A stretch of DNA of 64,000 nucleotides, from the NCBI RefSeq assembly GCF_006345805.1, contig NC_043001.1:90086001-90150000 (forward strand), read 5' to 3'. The notes beneath the pieces are model-generated. The model saw only the letters and a list, made by a program, of their open reading frames with translations, had not been told where the DNA came from and did not search any database. Below, in pieces: positions 62,771 through 64,000 of this stretch. A program made the position numbers and the translations under genes. The DNA comes from Octopus sinensis. Its lineage: Eukaryota. The number at the start of each line of letters is the position of its first letter. Position 1 is the stretch's first letter.

Positions 62771-64000
62771 TCTGTTTGCTATTTACAGATATTCCCGCGT
62801 TACAAAATTCCAGTTCCTGAAAATGTTGTCATAACGCAGAATTCCGTAAAATGGTTCTTATTTCTCATAACTTTTCATGTTTAGATGGAGATGTCTTCCG
62901 ACAGGCGTTTTCCGAGAAATTGAAACAAAACAAAGAACGCAACACAAAGACTTTTATGTATGAAAAATAAAAAAATTTAAACACACGGTACATATAGTAT
63001 GTTTATATATATATGATAACTTTTGAAAAGAAACTCATTGGGGTTATAAATAAGAATACAGATATAAAAGTAATAATATAGAAGAATAAGTAAATAATAT
63101 CGTAATGCGCTACATGCTCATCGCAAATGAATTTGAATGCTGTGTAATATGTGGCGGTAGAGGTCCTGCAATAGGAGTTAGTGAGAAAAGGGGTACTATT
63201 TTCTGCTCTGTAGATCATTAACATCATCAGCATCTGTTGAAGAATTTACCCCTACTATGTTTATGCTTACGGTGCACCACTTCTTTATACAGCTCAGCGT
63301 AGATAAATCAGGATCATTATTAACAACGACTTGTAGACATTTCCTCTATTAGTGTCAATCGCTTCGCTATATTCTTTGCGGATGAGTAGAGTGGAGTGAA
63401 TAGAGCTTCTATATTTTCTTCTTGTTCTGCAATTCATTCATGTTCCCATAGTATTAAGCCCTCGTTTGAAAAACTTTCTCACTAGGACTTAAGCATTTCA
63501 ACAACATCATTTCATACAACTCCTTTTAATTATACATCATTTGGTAGTATCACACTATCTTTACGAAACTGATATAGACTTTTTACTGATTAAAAATCTA
63601 TAAAGTCGTTGATGTAGCATGACCGTGCGTTTTGAAAAACACTAGACATAGCTGCAAGTTTCACTTCATCACTCGGCTCCCTGATAGTAAACCATGCAAA
63701 TAGCTATCACATCATGCTGTATTGGCTGGAGCCAAGACATTATGATTTGGGATATATTGTACTCTCACGTTATTCGAAAAGATCTTTTAAGTTCACTCGG
63801 TGCATTGCTTAAAGAGAACAATGCTTTGTTGGAAATAATACACTTGTATTATAATAACATATAATAATATATAATATAATATAATATATAATATAATATA
63901 TAATAATAATTATAATAACATATAATAATGCACTGGTATACCTATCTGCAGTTGGACGAAAACAGTTTGTGGACCTGTTTAGGAAAAGGCTCGTAGTCAT

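Overview
AT-rich, microsatellite-saturated animal DNA. The repeat families and the (TA)n/(TACA)n/(AAT)n density point to an octopus or other coleoid cephalopod (inference from remembered repeat families, not a database match). I cannot support any host protein-coding exon, rRNA, tRNA gene or CRISPR array. Almost all ORFs in the track are microsatellite artefacts or decayed transposon frames, so the window looks intronic or intergenic. It is a dense mobile-element graveyard: at least five tRNA-derived SINE or SINE-like families (over 35 copies or fragments), four mariner relics plus a mariner MITE, one Tc1, two piggyBac deletion derivatives, three Helitron pieces, a 2.0-kb non-autonomous LTR element with intact TG..CA ends and a 4-bp TSD, and relics of RTE, CR1/L2-like, RLE-type and Penelope-like (PLE) retroelements. 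The most interesting signal is RNA-structural: four separate hammerhead-ribozyme (HHR)-like motifs. They are (i) a candidate non-circularly permuted HHR at 11480-11540, (ii) a PLE-type minimal HHR in the tail of a tRNA-headed SINE that also carries a PLE-style 5' inverted copy of its tail (32572-33492), (iii) two decayed HHR-bearing PLE-like termini forming a ~570-bp hairpin (58407-58978), and (iv) a relic beside a PLE reverse-transcriptase fossil (4477-5400). All structure calls come from manual base-pairing and need computational and biochemical testing. Element boundaries are approximate unless TIRs or TSDs are quoted.
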